Positions 8,373-17,078 are shown, counted from the first letter of the stretch. The stretch is DNA of 64,000 nucleotides from Pseudomonadota bacterium (GCA_021792335.1 JAJYUW010000001.1:16306-80305), one strand, 5' to 3'. Program-made: numbers and translations. Notes: generated from the sequence alone by a model not told the origin.

Positions 8373-11195
8373 ATGTACGAGGTTTATGCCTACTGGAACG
8401 TAGTCGAGCTGGAGGCGATGTTCAACGCCGTCGCCTCCGTCATGGGCAGCGGCGACTACCTCGGTTTGCTCCGCACCATGGCAATTGTGGGGATCATCGT
8501 TGTCGTCATCGCCACGCTGACCGGACGTGAACGGCTGGATGGGATGTGGAAGTGGCTCTTCTTCCTTGCCATCTTCCAGGCGCTCCTGCTTGTTCCAAAA
8601 GTGACTGTCACGATTGTGGATCGTACCGGCAATGAGCCGCCCCGTGCGGTGGCCAATGTACCCATCGGCTTGGGTGCTTTTGCGCATGGCATGAGCAAGG
8701 TGGGGGACTGGATGACGGGTGCCTTCGAGACCGTGTTTTCGCTTCCCGACGACGTGAAGTTCCGCAAGAACGGCACGCTGTTCGGGCATCGCGTTCTTTC
8801 CGAGCGCTATGCGGTGAAAAGCGGGAATCCTGTTTTGACGAGCAACCTGCTCGAATTTTACCGGGAGTGTGTCGCACCGGATATTGCCACCGGCTTCATT
8901 CGCATGAAAGAGGATATTCTTGAGGTCAACGACATCTGGGGAAGCCTGAACGGCAAGACCAACCCGGCACGGTTGGTAACCTTGCGAGATACGACGGATC
9001 CGACGCTGATGAGTACGGTCGGCTGCGATGCCGCATATCTGAGCCTCACCACCCAGATCATTGCCGAATCGAACCGCCAGATCACCTTGCTGGGTTATCG
9101 CCTCTACCCGCAAATGACTCAGGCGGATGCCGGGGCGGCCATACTCGGTTCCCTGGCGACCTCGACCAACTATCTGCTTGGAGTTTCGGCATCGGCGCAG
9201 GATACGGTCAAGCAGGCCATCGTCGCCAACTTCATGATTGATGCACAGTACATGCTGCCTGCACAGATTGGAGATGCTGCCAGCGCCCAGACCAACCTTG
9301 CGATGGCGCAGTCACTGCGCTCGACTAGCGACTCCTACAAACTGATGGCGCGGATCGCCGAGTCCACCATGCCTAAGGTGCGCAATGCCATTGAGCTGGT
9401 GCAGTACGCCATCTTTCCGATCTTCCTGCTGTTTGTGGTGATCGGCGGCCACCAGGCCGGGGGAGTCATCAAGTCCTACGCGGCCAGCCTGTTCTGGATA
9501 CAACTCTGGGCACCGCTCTATGCGGTGATGAATTTCATCATCACGATGTATTCGAGAAGCCAATACACAAGCGGAAGCGCCGGGAATGGTTTATCTATCG
9601 AACAGATGAGCTTCCTCAATACCGCCATCGTCAGCGATCAGGCGATTGCGGGGATGCTGGTCATCTCCATTCCAGCCATTGCGGCCGCTATCGTGAAAGG
9701 TGGCGACGTGGGCATGCAGGCGGTCGCAGGCATTGTGTCGCCACCGCGCGATGCAGAGAAAACCGCCAGCAGTCTGGCCATGGGCAACATGCAGATGGGC
9801 AGCGCCTCGCTCAACAATGTCAGCCACGACACCATGAAGGGATTGTCGGTGGACATGAACCCCAGCCTGCGGCAGGGCATGACCAACTATCAGGCGCGCG
9901 GAGGATTCGAATACAGCAATTTCTCCGGTGGTGGCTTCGTCGTCAAACAGGCGAAAAGCGAAGTCCGCGCCGACATGGCACTCAACGACTCCATGGGCGC
10001 AGCCGCGAAAGAAAATTACGAACGATCCCAGCAGGCAACACAACAGCAATCCGCCGAGTACGCTGAAAGTGCTCTCGCGGCGATCAAACAGGAAGCCGGG
10101 TTTGAGAGAAGCCACGCCAAGGGCAGCAGTGACACCACAGGATACCGCCACGGCACCGGATCGAGCCAGAGCACCGAGGCCAATGAAACACTGCGCCAGG
10201 TAGATCAGTGGGCCAGAAAACTCGGCGTCAACGAAAAGGTAGCGATGGAACTGATGGTCGGCGCTTCGATGGGCATGAGTACGCCGAAACTCCTGGAGAT
10301 CGCCGGGCTACGCGGTGGCGTGGAAGTGTCGGCTAAGATGCGCAACTCTGCCGAGTCAACGCGAGCCTTGGAGGAAATGGCTCAGTATGCCAAGGAGTCG
10401 AGCTTCGGAAAGAAGGTCGGCACCGTGCTCGATAATGGATGGGAGCGCAACTATCGAACCAACGATGAAGGCAAGACTGCCGGCAGCGAAGGCATGCGCG
10501 CATCGCTGGATCACGCACGGCAATCGCGCGATGCCTTCAGTGCATCCATGCAGGAAACGGAAGGGCATCGGCAGATGTGGGAAATGTCTCATAGCGGCCA
10601 GCTTGGTGCGAACCTCCAGCTTCAGGATCACTTCATCAAGGATTTTCTGTTGCCCAAGCTCGAATACAACTACGAAAAATTTCAAGGAGTCATGGGCGAC
10701 CCGTACAAGCTGCGGCCATACATCGAGGAGTACACCGCGCAGAACTATGACCGGATGATGGGTGAGATGGCTGGGCATGTTCAGGGTGCCGAGACGATCC
10801 AGGCGCGGCACGAAGCGAATCGGGGTGGCATGCAGAACCGTGAATCGGTCGAATTGGCAGGAGGAGATAATCTGGCGCAGGTTAAGGGGATGGCTGGACG
10901 TGCAGGCGTCACTCCGCAAGGCAGGCCAAGCGATCAGGCAAAGCAGACAGCGATGCATGATTATTCCAAAAACGCGACGGAGGTTAATGATCGTGGGGTG
11001 AGGGCAGGGCAGACACATCAGGAGAATGCAACAACGTCAAACTTCCGCAAGTTAAAACCTGAATCTATCGCGGGCAAGGGAATGGAGCTTACGGAAGATG
11101 TGGCGGATGCGGCAAATCGCGTGGTTAAGGGGGTGACCGGGCCGAATCCTGGCAAGTACATTCAAGAGACGCTTGATGTGAAGAATAGCAAGTAA
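8373..11195 (+). CDS. traG: TraG mating-pair stabilisation protein
   Basis: 'MFNAVA', multi-TM N-terminal half, 'VANVPIGL', 'WIQLWAPLYAVMN', long polar C-terminal region; follows traH. Confidence 0.92.
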   Translation: MYEVYAYWNVVELEAMFNAVASVMGSGDYLGLLRTMAIVGIIVVVIATLTGRERLDGMWKWLFFLAIFQALLLVPKVTVTIVDRTGNEPPRAVANVPIGLGAFAHGMSKVGDWMTGAFETVFSLPDDVKFRKNGTLFGHRVLSERYAVKSGNPVLTSNLLEFYRECVAPDIATGFIRMKEDILEVNDIWGSLNGKTNPARLVTLRDTTDPTLMSTVGCDAAYLSLTTQIIAESNRQITLLGYRLYPQMTQADAGAAILGSLATSTNYLLGVSASAQDTVKQAIVANFMIDAQYMLPAQIGDAASAQTNLAMAQSLRSTSDSYKLMARIAESTMPKVRNAIELVQYAIFPIFLLFVVIGGHQAGGVIKSYAASLFWIQLWAPLYAVMNFIITMYSRSQYTSGSAGNGLSIEQMSFLNTAIVSDQAIAGMLVISIPAIAAAIVKGGDVGMQAVAGIVSPPRDAEKTASSLAMGNMQMGSASLNNVSHDTMKGLSVDMNPSLRQGMTNYQARGGFEYSNFSGGGFVVKQAKSEVRADMALNDSMGAAAKENYERSQQATQQQSAEYAESALAAIKQEAGFERSHAKGSSDTTGYRHGTGSSQSTEANETLRQVDQWARKLGVNEKVAMELMVGASMGMSTPKLLEIAGLRGGVEVSAKMRNSAESTRALEEMAQYAKESSFGKKVGTVLDNGWERNYRTNDEGKTAGSEGMRASLDHARQSRDAFSASMQETEGHRQMWEMSHSGQLGANLQLQDHFIKDFLLPKLEYNYEKFQGVMGDPYKLRPYIEEYTAQNYDRMMGEMAGHVQGAETIQARHEANRGGMQNRESVELAGGDNLAQVKGMAGRAGVTPQGRPSDQAKQTAMHDYSKNATEVNDRGVRAGQTHQENATTSNFRKLKPESIAGKGMELTEDVADAANRVVKGVTGPNPGKYIQETLDVKNSK

Positions 11196-11249
11196 GGGGT
11201 GAATCATTCAACGAACGCAGGAATTTGCGCACCTTAGAGCCGTATCTTG

Positions 11250-12050
11250 CTAGTATCGTCGTCGTCCGACAGAAGGATCAAATCCGCGCTCGAACATCTC
11301 TGTATCAGTCAGGTAGAGAATTACGAGTACCTGCCCTTGAGCGGGGGAATAACACTGTTCAAGTACTTCGAACTCTTCGGCATCATCGTTATCGAACCAC
11401 GCGTCAGCAGACTGTTTGCGAGGTGCTGGGCAAGGAGTCCCCCTACTCAAGAGATCGTATGCAAAGCTGTCTTCATCCAGCTTTTCCTTAAGCCACCATC
11501 GCTTAGGAGTGTGTGGTGCAGCAATGTGCCAACGCCGCTTTGTTCCGGTATAACAGGCCATAACTACGGGCAGCGTATCAATTTTGGCAAGGCGTATCGT
11601 CGTCGCAAGCGTGCTGGTTTGAAATAAATCAGCCACCTCTTCAATTTGCTTCAGAGAAGGTAACTTGAAAGACTTTATGATGGGGGTGAGCAGAGTTGAT
11701 GGTATCAGAATATGGGATGCGAAGTCGTCCGCCTCTCGCTCCAGTTTTACGTCTGATGCCAAGTTATTCGATGGATCATCTACCCGGCATTGAAAAGATT
11801 TGCCGCGATGCATATCCCAGTGACCAAGTTCATGTGCAATGGAGAAACGCTCCCTGCCACGTCCACCTGATGGTTTAATCGTGGCGATAGCACTGCTGCC
11901 AAAACCTACAAGTGTTGCCTCGCATCCAATTAGATTTTCGTACTCCACTTGAATACCCGCATCAAAAGCAATCGCCTCAATATCGATGTCTTGTGGGTCG
12001 CTGATGCCGAGTTCAGCAATACGAGTCTCCGCCCGCTGGCCGGGTGTCAT
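11250..12050 (-). CDS. ImmA/IrrE-family zinc metallopeptidase
   Basis: 'RERFSIAHELGHW' (HExxH) and 'EREADDFASHILIP'. Confidence 0.9.
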   Translation of the reverse strand: MTPGQRAETRIAELGISDPQDIDIEAIAFDAGIQVEYENLIGCEATLVGFGSSAIATIKPSGGRGRERFSIAHELGHWDMHRGKSFQCRVDDPSNNLASDVKLEREADDFASHILIPSTLLTPIIKSFKLPSLKQIEEVADLFQTSTLATTIRLAKIDTLPVVMACYTGTKRRWHIAAPHTPKRWWLKEKLDEDSFAYDLLSRGTPCPAPRKQSADAWFDNDDAEEFEVLEQCYSPAQGQVLVILYLTDTEMFERGFDPSVGRRRY

Positions 12051-12448
12051 GAATTACTGCCAGACGGGTTTTCTGATTCAAGTCTGCGTATCTGTTGATA
12101 CAGGCGCATGACTTCTTCATCCTGCATTTCTCCGAGCTTACGGGCTGCAAGTGTGAAACGTTGATCATTTGCAACTTGAGCGATATAGGCTTTCGCTTGT
12201 TCGAGCGAAACATTGGCGGTGAAATCATCACCAGCAACCTTGGCGTTTTGCATCTGGGATCGAGCGGTCGCCAAGCGTATACGACCAGCCTCGGCTTTCG
12301 CCGATTTGAGCATATCTAGCGCTCGTGCTTTGACGGATGATGGTGCTTCTCCATCCAATACATCTTCGTCAGGCATCGCACGCAGCTCTTGAAAGTAGCT
12401 CTCGAAAAGATTATCCAGTTGCATCATAAATTTTTCGTTGGTATTCAT
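12047..12448 (-). CDS. Hypothetical helical protein, candidate anti-sigma / peptidase substrate
   Basis: ATG overlaps sigma stop (TAATG), GGAGG RBS, stop overlaps peptidase ATG; function inferred from context only. Confidence 0.7.
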   Translation of the reverse strand: MNTNEKFMMQLDNLFESYFQELRAMPDEDVLDGEAPSSVKARALDMLKSAKAEAGRIRLATARSQMQNAKVAGDDFTANVSLEQAKAYIAQVANDQRFTLAARKLGEMQDEEVMRLYQQIRRLESENPSGSNS

Positions 12449-13029
12449 TATTTCCTCCAACTCTGCGCTAAGCTCGACAGCTTGCGGTCTAGCCGCTTCC
12501 TTGCCGCGTCATATGTTTTCATGTCGAGGCCAACTTCTTCAGCGGCTTCTTTACCCCGCAACCCATCGGCCCATGCCATTGCGACGAGAGCGGCCTCCTC
12601 ATCGTCTTCAAGTTGTCGGAAAATAAAATCAACCTGATTGCTAGCCAATATTGCGTCTTCTGGGGTTCTTGTATCTTCTGATTCAACCATCAACATACGA
12701 GGTTCGTCCGATTCATCGCTTCCATCGGCCATTACCGCAACTCGCTCGTCAATCGGACCATTGATACTACGTTTGCGCGCGTTGCTGGTTTCGCTGTGCA
12801 TCGCTGTTTTAAGCACCACCAGCATATGGTGCTCTCGAGGGCAACGTCGCTTGCCAGACAGTAATTTGACCAAGGTCCCTTGGAGCAGGTCATCCCCCGT
12901 CATACCAGGTAAACCTGCGGCAGCGAACTGAGCCATTTTTTCAGCGCGTCGCCAATCCGCTGCACTCATCTGTGTGAGGGCGGCTTCAATCTCCGATGGA
13001 GACATTCGATCTTGCTTGTCGTTAGTCAT
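12448..13029 (-). CDS. ECF-like sigma-70 family factor
   Basis: Region-2-like 'GDDLLQGTLVKLL' and region-4 HTH 'AWADGLRGKEAAEEVGLDMKTYDAARKRLDRKL'; start placed at ATG 13029. Confidence 0.75.
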   Translation of the reverse strand: MTNDKQDRMSPSEIEAALTQMSAADWRRAEKMAQFAAAGLPGMTGDDLLQGTLVKLLSGKRRCPREHHMLVVLKTAMHSETSNARKRSINGPIDERVAVMADGSDESDEPRMLMVESEDTRTPEDAILASNQVDFIFRQLEDDEEAALVAMAWADGLRGKEAAEEVGLDMKTYDAARKRLDRKLSSLAQSWRK

Positions 13030-13055
13030 GGTCAACAGTGTCTGTTTCTTATTGG

Positions 13056-13139
13056 GAAGGACTCTCGAATCTGCCAATTTGGACGCCACAAAATAAATTT
13101 TCCGCCGTGCGTCCAAAAATGCTTGCGAAGGAGTCCTTC
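13056..13139. promoter_or_regulatory. Pair of divergent bipartite motifs GCGTCCAAA-N13-GAGTCCTTC (candidate cognate ECF promoters)
   Basis: Minus-strand copy 13086-13056 and plus-strand copy 13109-13139 have identical boxes and spacer length. Confidence 0.7.
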
Positions 13140-13192
13140 TAATTGAAAGCTCAGAAATGGTTTCTGGACTCAGCGAATTATAGGACTTTAAT

Positions 13193-13750
13193 ATGAACAA
13201 TCAAACAATTGCTGTAAATGACGATATGGCCGAGGCTGAAGACATCCAGTCCTGCGTTCGGGATGGTCGTCCAGTACGCCATAACGGCCCATACAAAATT
13301 GCGGTCGGCAACGAACGCCTTGAGTATGTCTCTGTAGTTATCGACGACCCGGTACCGTCTGGACGACAAATTCTGCTTGTGTCAGGGTGCAAGCCGGTTG
13401 ATGAATATTTGATTTTCAAAATGCTGAAAAACGGGGAGTTGGAAGAGTTACGCCTGGAAGAGACCGCTGACCTCCGTGCGGCAGGTATCGAGCGCTTCCT
13501 TGTGTTCCATAGCGACAGATCATTCCGCTTTGAGCTTGATGGCACAAGATTCGAATGGGGTGTCTCCCTGATTTCTGGGGCTGCTTTGAAGAAACTTGCT
13601 GGGGTTGATCTGAACACTTATGGCGTTTGGCAAGAATTTCGGAAGTCTGGTGTAGAAGATAAGCTGATTGCAAATGGCGAACTTGTCAATCTAGCCGAAC
13701 CGGGGGTGGAGTGGTTTTTCACTGGTCTCAAGCAGACAACGGAAGGTTAA
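13193..13750 (+). CDS. Multi-ubiquitin-domain protein (BubA-like Ubl) with two Ubl repeats and a C-terminal Gly
   Basis: Repeats ending 'DLRAAGIERF' and 'NLAEPGVEWF'; C-terminus TTEG. Confidence 0.85.
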   Translation: MNNQTIAVNDDMAEAEDIQSCVRDGRPVRHNGPYKIAVGNERLEYVSVVIDDPVPSGRQILLVSGCKPVDEYLIFKMLKNGELEELRLEETADLRAAGIERFLVFHSDRSFRFELDGTRFEWGVSLISGAALKKLAGVDLNTYGVWQEFRKSGVEDKLIANGELVNLAEPGVEWFFTGLKQTTEG

Positions 13751-13753
13751 GCT

Positions 13754-14134
13754 ATGACCACGTTGCCGATTAGATGTCGCGCCTATATTGAAGGGCGCGG
13801 ATTGGTGATGGATGAGGTAGAAGAAAATGGCCAAAAAGGTGTTGTACTGCGGCAATTTTCGCTGCCAGCAGGACGCTTCGATGAGTCCAATGCAGATATT
13901 CTCATCATGTTGCCAAGTGCCTACCCAGATGTTGCACCAGATATGTTCTACGCAGTGCCATGGTTGCGTTTGGTGGAGTCTAAGAAATACCCTCGTGCAG
14001 CGGATTGTCCATTCACTTTTGTGGGGCAGTCGTGGCAGCGTTGGTCGCGGCATAACAATACTTGGCGTCCTGGGGTTGATGGTATCTGGACTATGATCAA
14101 GCGCATCGAGGCCGCGCTGGCGGAGGCTGCATGA
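13754..14134 (+). CDS. Prokaryotic E2 family E protein (BubB-like)
   Basis: 'LPSAYPDVAPDMFY' and 'WQRWSRH..WRPGVDGIWT'. Confidence 0.85.
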   Translation: MTTLPIRCRAYIEGRGLVMDEVEENGQKGVVLRQFSLPAGRFDESNADILIMLPSAYPDVAPDMFYAVPWLRLVESKKYPRAADCPFTFVGQSWQRWSRHNNTWRPGVDGIWTMIKRIEAALAEAA

Positions 14135-15537
14135 GCCATTTCGATCTTACCTTACAAGAAGAGCATGTTGCCCAGTTGCGTGATCTGCTCCAGCGCGAAG
14201 ATGGGGTCGAAGCATCTGCCTACGTGCTGTGTGGCGAAGCGCAAATTCGGTGCGACCCATGGGGTAACTACAGCCGCCGACGGGCTACTTCCTACGAAGT
14301 AATTCCGGTTCCGCCCGAGGATTGTGTTTCTGCCAGCAAGGGTCATGTCACTTGGTCAACAGCTTCATTTGTAAAGCTGCTCAAGCGAGCACAAGCCGAA
14401 AAGCTGGTGGTTGGAATCGTGCATACACATCCCCAAGGCTTGGACTGTTTCTCGGATCAAGATGACCGAAATGAGCGAGAGTTGGTTCGTATGGCACAGA
14501 ATCGAAATGGCACTGAGGCATCAATGATTAGTGTGCTATTCGCTGGTGCCGATACCATACGCGCTCGTCTTTGGCATGACACTACAGAGCCTGTGCTTGC
14601 TAAATCAGTTCTTGTTGCCGGTAAGAAATTAAGTTTCCACAGAGCTGATATACAAACCGATTTGCGCGAAATATTTTCCCGCCAAGCAATCGCATTTGGC
14701 GATGACCTTAATCAACAGCTCCGGCACCTCAAGGTTGCTGTTATTGGCTGTGGTGGTACCGGTAGCGCAACAGCGGCGTTGCTTGCAAGACTTGGCGTTG
14801 GGCAATTATTGTTGATTGATAATGATCGTGTTGAAGTCTCCAACTTGAATCGACTGCACGGCTCCCGTCGTTCTGATGCGGATGCGATGTTAGCCAAGGT
14901 GGACGTACTGGCACGCGAAATTACGGGCTGGGCTATCGGGACTAGGGTGGTTCCGATGAACTGCTGGGTCGGTGATGCCGCTTGTCGTGATGCTCTTAAG
15001 TCCTGTGATGTGGTATTGGGGTGTACGGACGATCATGAGGGGCGCCTTCTACTAAACCGTTTGGCATACTTCTATTTGATACCAGTCATTGACATGGGAT
15101 TAGCCATTGATCCATCACCTGCTGGCGGATTTCGCGAATTGTCTGGTCGTGTGACTGTCCTTACGCCCGGTGCCCCCTGCCTGATTTGTCGCGGTGTTGT
15201 AGACCCAATAATTGCGCGTGAAGAACACTTGAAGCGAACCAATCCGGAACTTTATGACCGTCAAAAACGCGAAGCTTATGTCAGAGGTGGCGGGAACCCT
15301 GCTCCTGGAGTGGTAACTTTCACAACTGCAACAGCCTGCGCGGCGGTTGACGAATTGATACAAGGTTTGACCAATTTCAGAGGAACGGATGGTTGGCTAT
15401 GGAACCAAACCCGCAGATTTGATCGTTTTCAGGATCGACGCCCTGGTGCTGAGCAAGATACTCACTGTCCTATCTGTGCAGACCGCATGTATTGGGGGCG
15501 CGGGGATGTTAATCCGTTTCTGGATCGGGCAGGGTGA
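14131..15537 (+). CDS. JAB-domain + ThiF/E1 fusion (BubCD-like)
   Basis: JAB 'HTHP...FSDQDD'; E1 'VIGCGGTGS', 'DNDRVEVSNLNR', CxxC pairs 'CLIC' and 'CPIC'. Confidence 0.88.
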   Translation: MSHFDLTLQEEHVAQLRDLLQREDGVEASAYVLCGEAQIRCDPWGNYSRRRATSYEVIPVPPEDCVSASKGHVTWSTASFVKLLKRAQAEKLVVGIVHTHPQGLDCFSDQDDRNERELVRMAQNRNGTEASMISVLFAGADTIRARLWHDTTEPVLAKSVLVAGKKLSFHRADIQTDLREIFSRQAIAFGDDLNQQLRHLKVAVIGCGGTGSATAALLARLGVGQLLLIDNDRVEVSNLNRLHGSRRSDADAMLAKVDVLAREITGWAIGTRVVPMNCWVGDAACRDALKSCDVVLGCTDDHEGRLLLNRLAYFYLIPVIDMGLAIDPSPAGGFRELSGRVTVLTPGAPCLICRGVVDPIIAREEHLKRTNPELYDRQKREAYVRGGGNPAPGVVTFTTATACAAVDELIQGLTNFRGTDGWLWNQTRRFDRFQDRRPGAEQDTHCPICADRMYWGRGDVNPFLDRAG

Positions 15538-15911
15538 TGAGCATGTTGAAGTCATTATTCCGATTTATTCTGGGCAGGCTGGGTTGGATTCAACGCTCCG
15601 TTTTCACCAGCCGTGTAATGCCACATCATCCATCGCCAAATCAATTACCTGAAGGCATGGTCGTAGTTGTGAAAGATGAAAAACATGAGAAATGGGCATG
15701 CCTCCGGTGTCCAGGAGGTTGCGGTGAAAAAATACAGCTTTCGCTCAGCCCTCAGCGTCGACCAAGATGGAGCGTGGCGCAGGATCGTTTTGACCGGCCA
15801 ACCATAACCCCATCTATTCGCATGACCAACAAATGCGCTTGCCACTTTTGGGTTCGGGAAGGCAAGGTCGAATGGTGTGCTGATAGTGGACGAAAGCATA
15901 CTGACCACTAG
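15537..15911 (+). CDS. DUF6527-like small Cys/His-rich protein
   Basis: 'CPGGCGEKIQLSL', 'PTITPSI', 'CACHFWVREGKVEW'. Confidence 0.75.
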   Translation: MSMLKSLFRFILGRLGWIQRSVFTSRVMPHHPSPNQLPEGMVVVVKDEKHEKWACLRCPGGCGEKIQLSLSPQRRPRWSVAQDRFDRPTITPSIRMTNKCACHFWVREGKVEWCADSGRKHTDH

Positions 15912-15952
15912 GTGTATGGTTAAAACTAACCTGCTCGAACTGCAAGTCGCAT

Positions 15953-16396
15953 TCAATTTTCGCGTATGACCGCAGTCCCACAATACGTCACCCTCGATAC
16001 TTGCCACTGCGACCCCGCTTGATCATAGTGGGCGTTGGTTTTCCTGATTCCAACCACTGCATTGGCACCGATGTCCCGTGCCCTTTTGGCCAGCCTGAGC
16101 AATGCATCCTTTTCAGCGAGGCGGTATTCCCAGTCTGATGCCGCCTCTGTCGGCGAAAGCGCTTCAATATAGCCAAGTGTCTTGGCGATCTTGCAACCCG
16201 GCACATCGTCCGTTGTGACCAGCAGTATCTGGTTTCTGATCAAATCGAGTTCACGCTCAAGTTTATCGAGCTTGGGTTCTGTCATGGATTTGGATTTGCG
16301 AATCCAGCGGAACAAAGCTATGCCGACCAGAAATATAACGAACAGCGGTAGCATGCCAAGTAGGCCGCCAGATTGAGTTGCTGCTGCGGTAGTCAT
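15953..16396 (-). CDS. Membrane-anchored YbjQ-like (heavy-metal-binding fold) protein
   Basis: N-terminal TM, 'VTTDDVPG', 'A..IGANAVVGIR', 'YCGTAV'. Confidence 0.75.
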   Translation of the reverse strand: MTTAAATQSGGLLGMLPLFVIFLVGIALFRWIRKSKSMTEPKLDKLERELDLIRNQILLVTTDDVPGCKIAKTLGYIEALSPTEAASDWEYRLAEKDALLRLAKRARDIGANAVVGIRKTNAHYDQAGSQWQVSRVTYCGTAVIREN

Positions 16397-16455
16397 AATT
16401 GTCTCCAATCAGTTTTGATCCAGCTTCGCACAGTTCTTCAAAACTGCAAGTCAGC

Positions 16456-16487
16456 GATGGGATGACTATTGGATGGGATGACTATTG
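16456..16487. repeat. Perfect 16-bp tandem duplication GATGGGATGACTATTG x2
   Basis: Read directly from the sequence. Confidence 0.9.
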
Positions 16488-16520
16488 GCAGGTTGCCTCC
16501 TTCTTGAGTCTTGGGCACTC

Positions 16521-16548
16521 GAAATGTGTCTTTGCCGGGCGCATTTCG
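16521..16548 (+). promoter_or_regulatory. Candidate tra activator box, copy 1 (GAAATGTGTC-N9-CGCATTTC)
   Basis: Matches the copy at 20351-20378; ends 38 bp before the downstream ATG. Confidence 0.6.
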
Positions 16549-16585
16549 AAAATCGTATCGCCGGTAGCGCCGATACAGTGGCGCC

Positions 16586-17068
16586 ATGCATATCCGAATT
16601 TTCAAACTGTCTGGGCGTTGGTTTCCCGTCGTCCTTTGGGCCATGGCGGCCTACTTGGCATTTTGCCGCTTCTATCTCGTTGCCTTGAATCTCACAGAAA
16701 GCCTGCCCGGAACCATTTTTCTGATCGAAAAAGGCGTCATGCCGCAACGCGGTGAGTTGGTTGCTTTCAGATGGGAGGCTAACTGGCCTTACCCGCGCGG
16801 GTGCATTTTCGTCAAGAAACTGGTCGGGTTGCCGGGTTCAGTCGTTTCGGCGAAAGGGAGAGAATTCTTCGTGGACGGTGCTCCGGTCGGACGGGCGAAA
16901 GAATATGCCAGAACCGGTGAGCCTCTGGATATTGGCCCGCGAGGGAAGATTTCAGACGGGCATTACTACGTGGCCGGTTCTCATCCTGACAGCTTGGATT
17001 CGCGCTATCAGCTTACCGGCTGGGTCGGACAGGAGCAGATTGTCGGAAAAGCGTATCGGGTTTTCTGA
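16586..17068 (+). CDS. S26 signal peptidase (TrhF-type pilin-processing peptidase)
   Basis: 'NLTESLP', 'FVKKLVGLPG', 'HPDSLDSRY'. Confidence 0.88.
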   Translation: MHIRIFKLSGRWFPVVLWAMAAYLAFCRFYLVALNLTESLPGTIFLIEKGVMPQRGELVAFRWEANWPYPRGCIFVKKLVGLPGSVVSAKGREFFVDGAPVGRAKEYARTGEPLDIGPRGKISDGHYYVAGSHPDSLDSRYQLTGWVGQEQIVGKAYRVF

Positions 17069-17078
17069 CGTGGGACAC

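Noticed and set aside
13030-13200. N-terminal 57 aa of the 250-aa sigma ORF
   Set aside because: It spans the divergent promoter region and overlaps the Ubl start; not sigma-like
13193-15537. Ubl/E1/JAB genes as a ThiS/MoaD sulfur-relay or CBASS Cap2/Cap3 module
   Set aside because: An E2 and a multi-domain Ubl are present, and there is no cofactor gene or CD-NTase nearby
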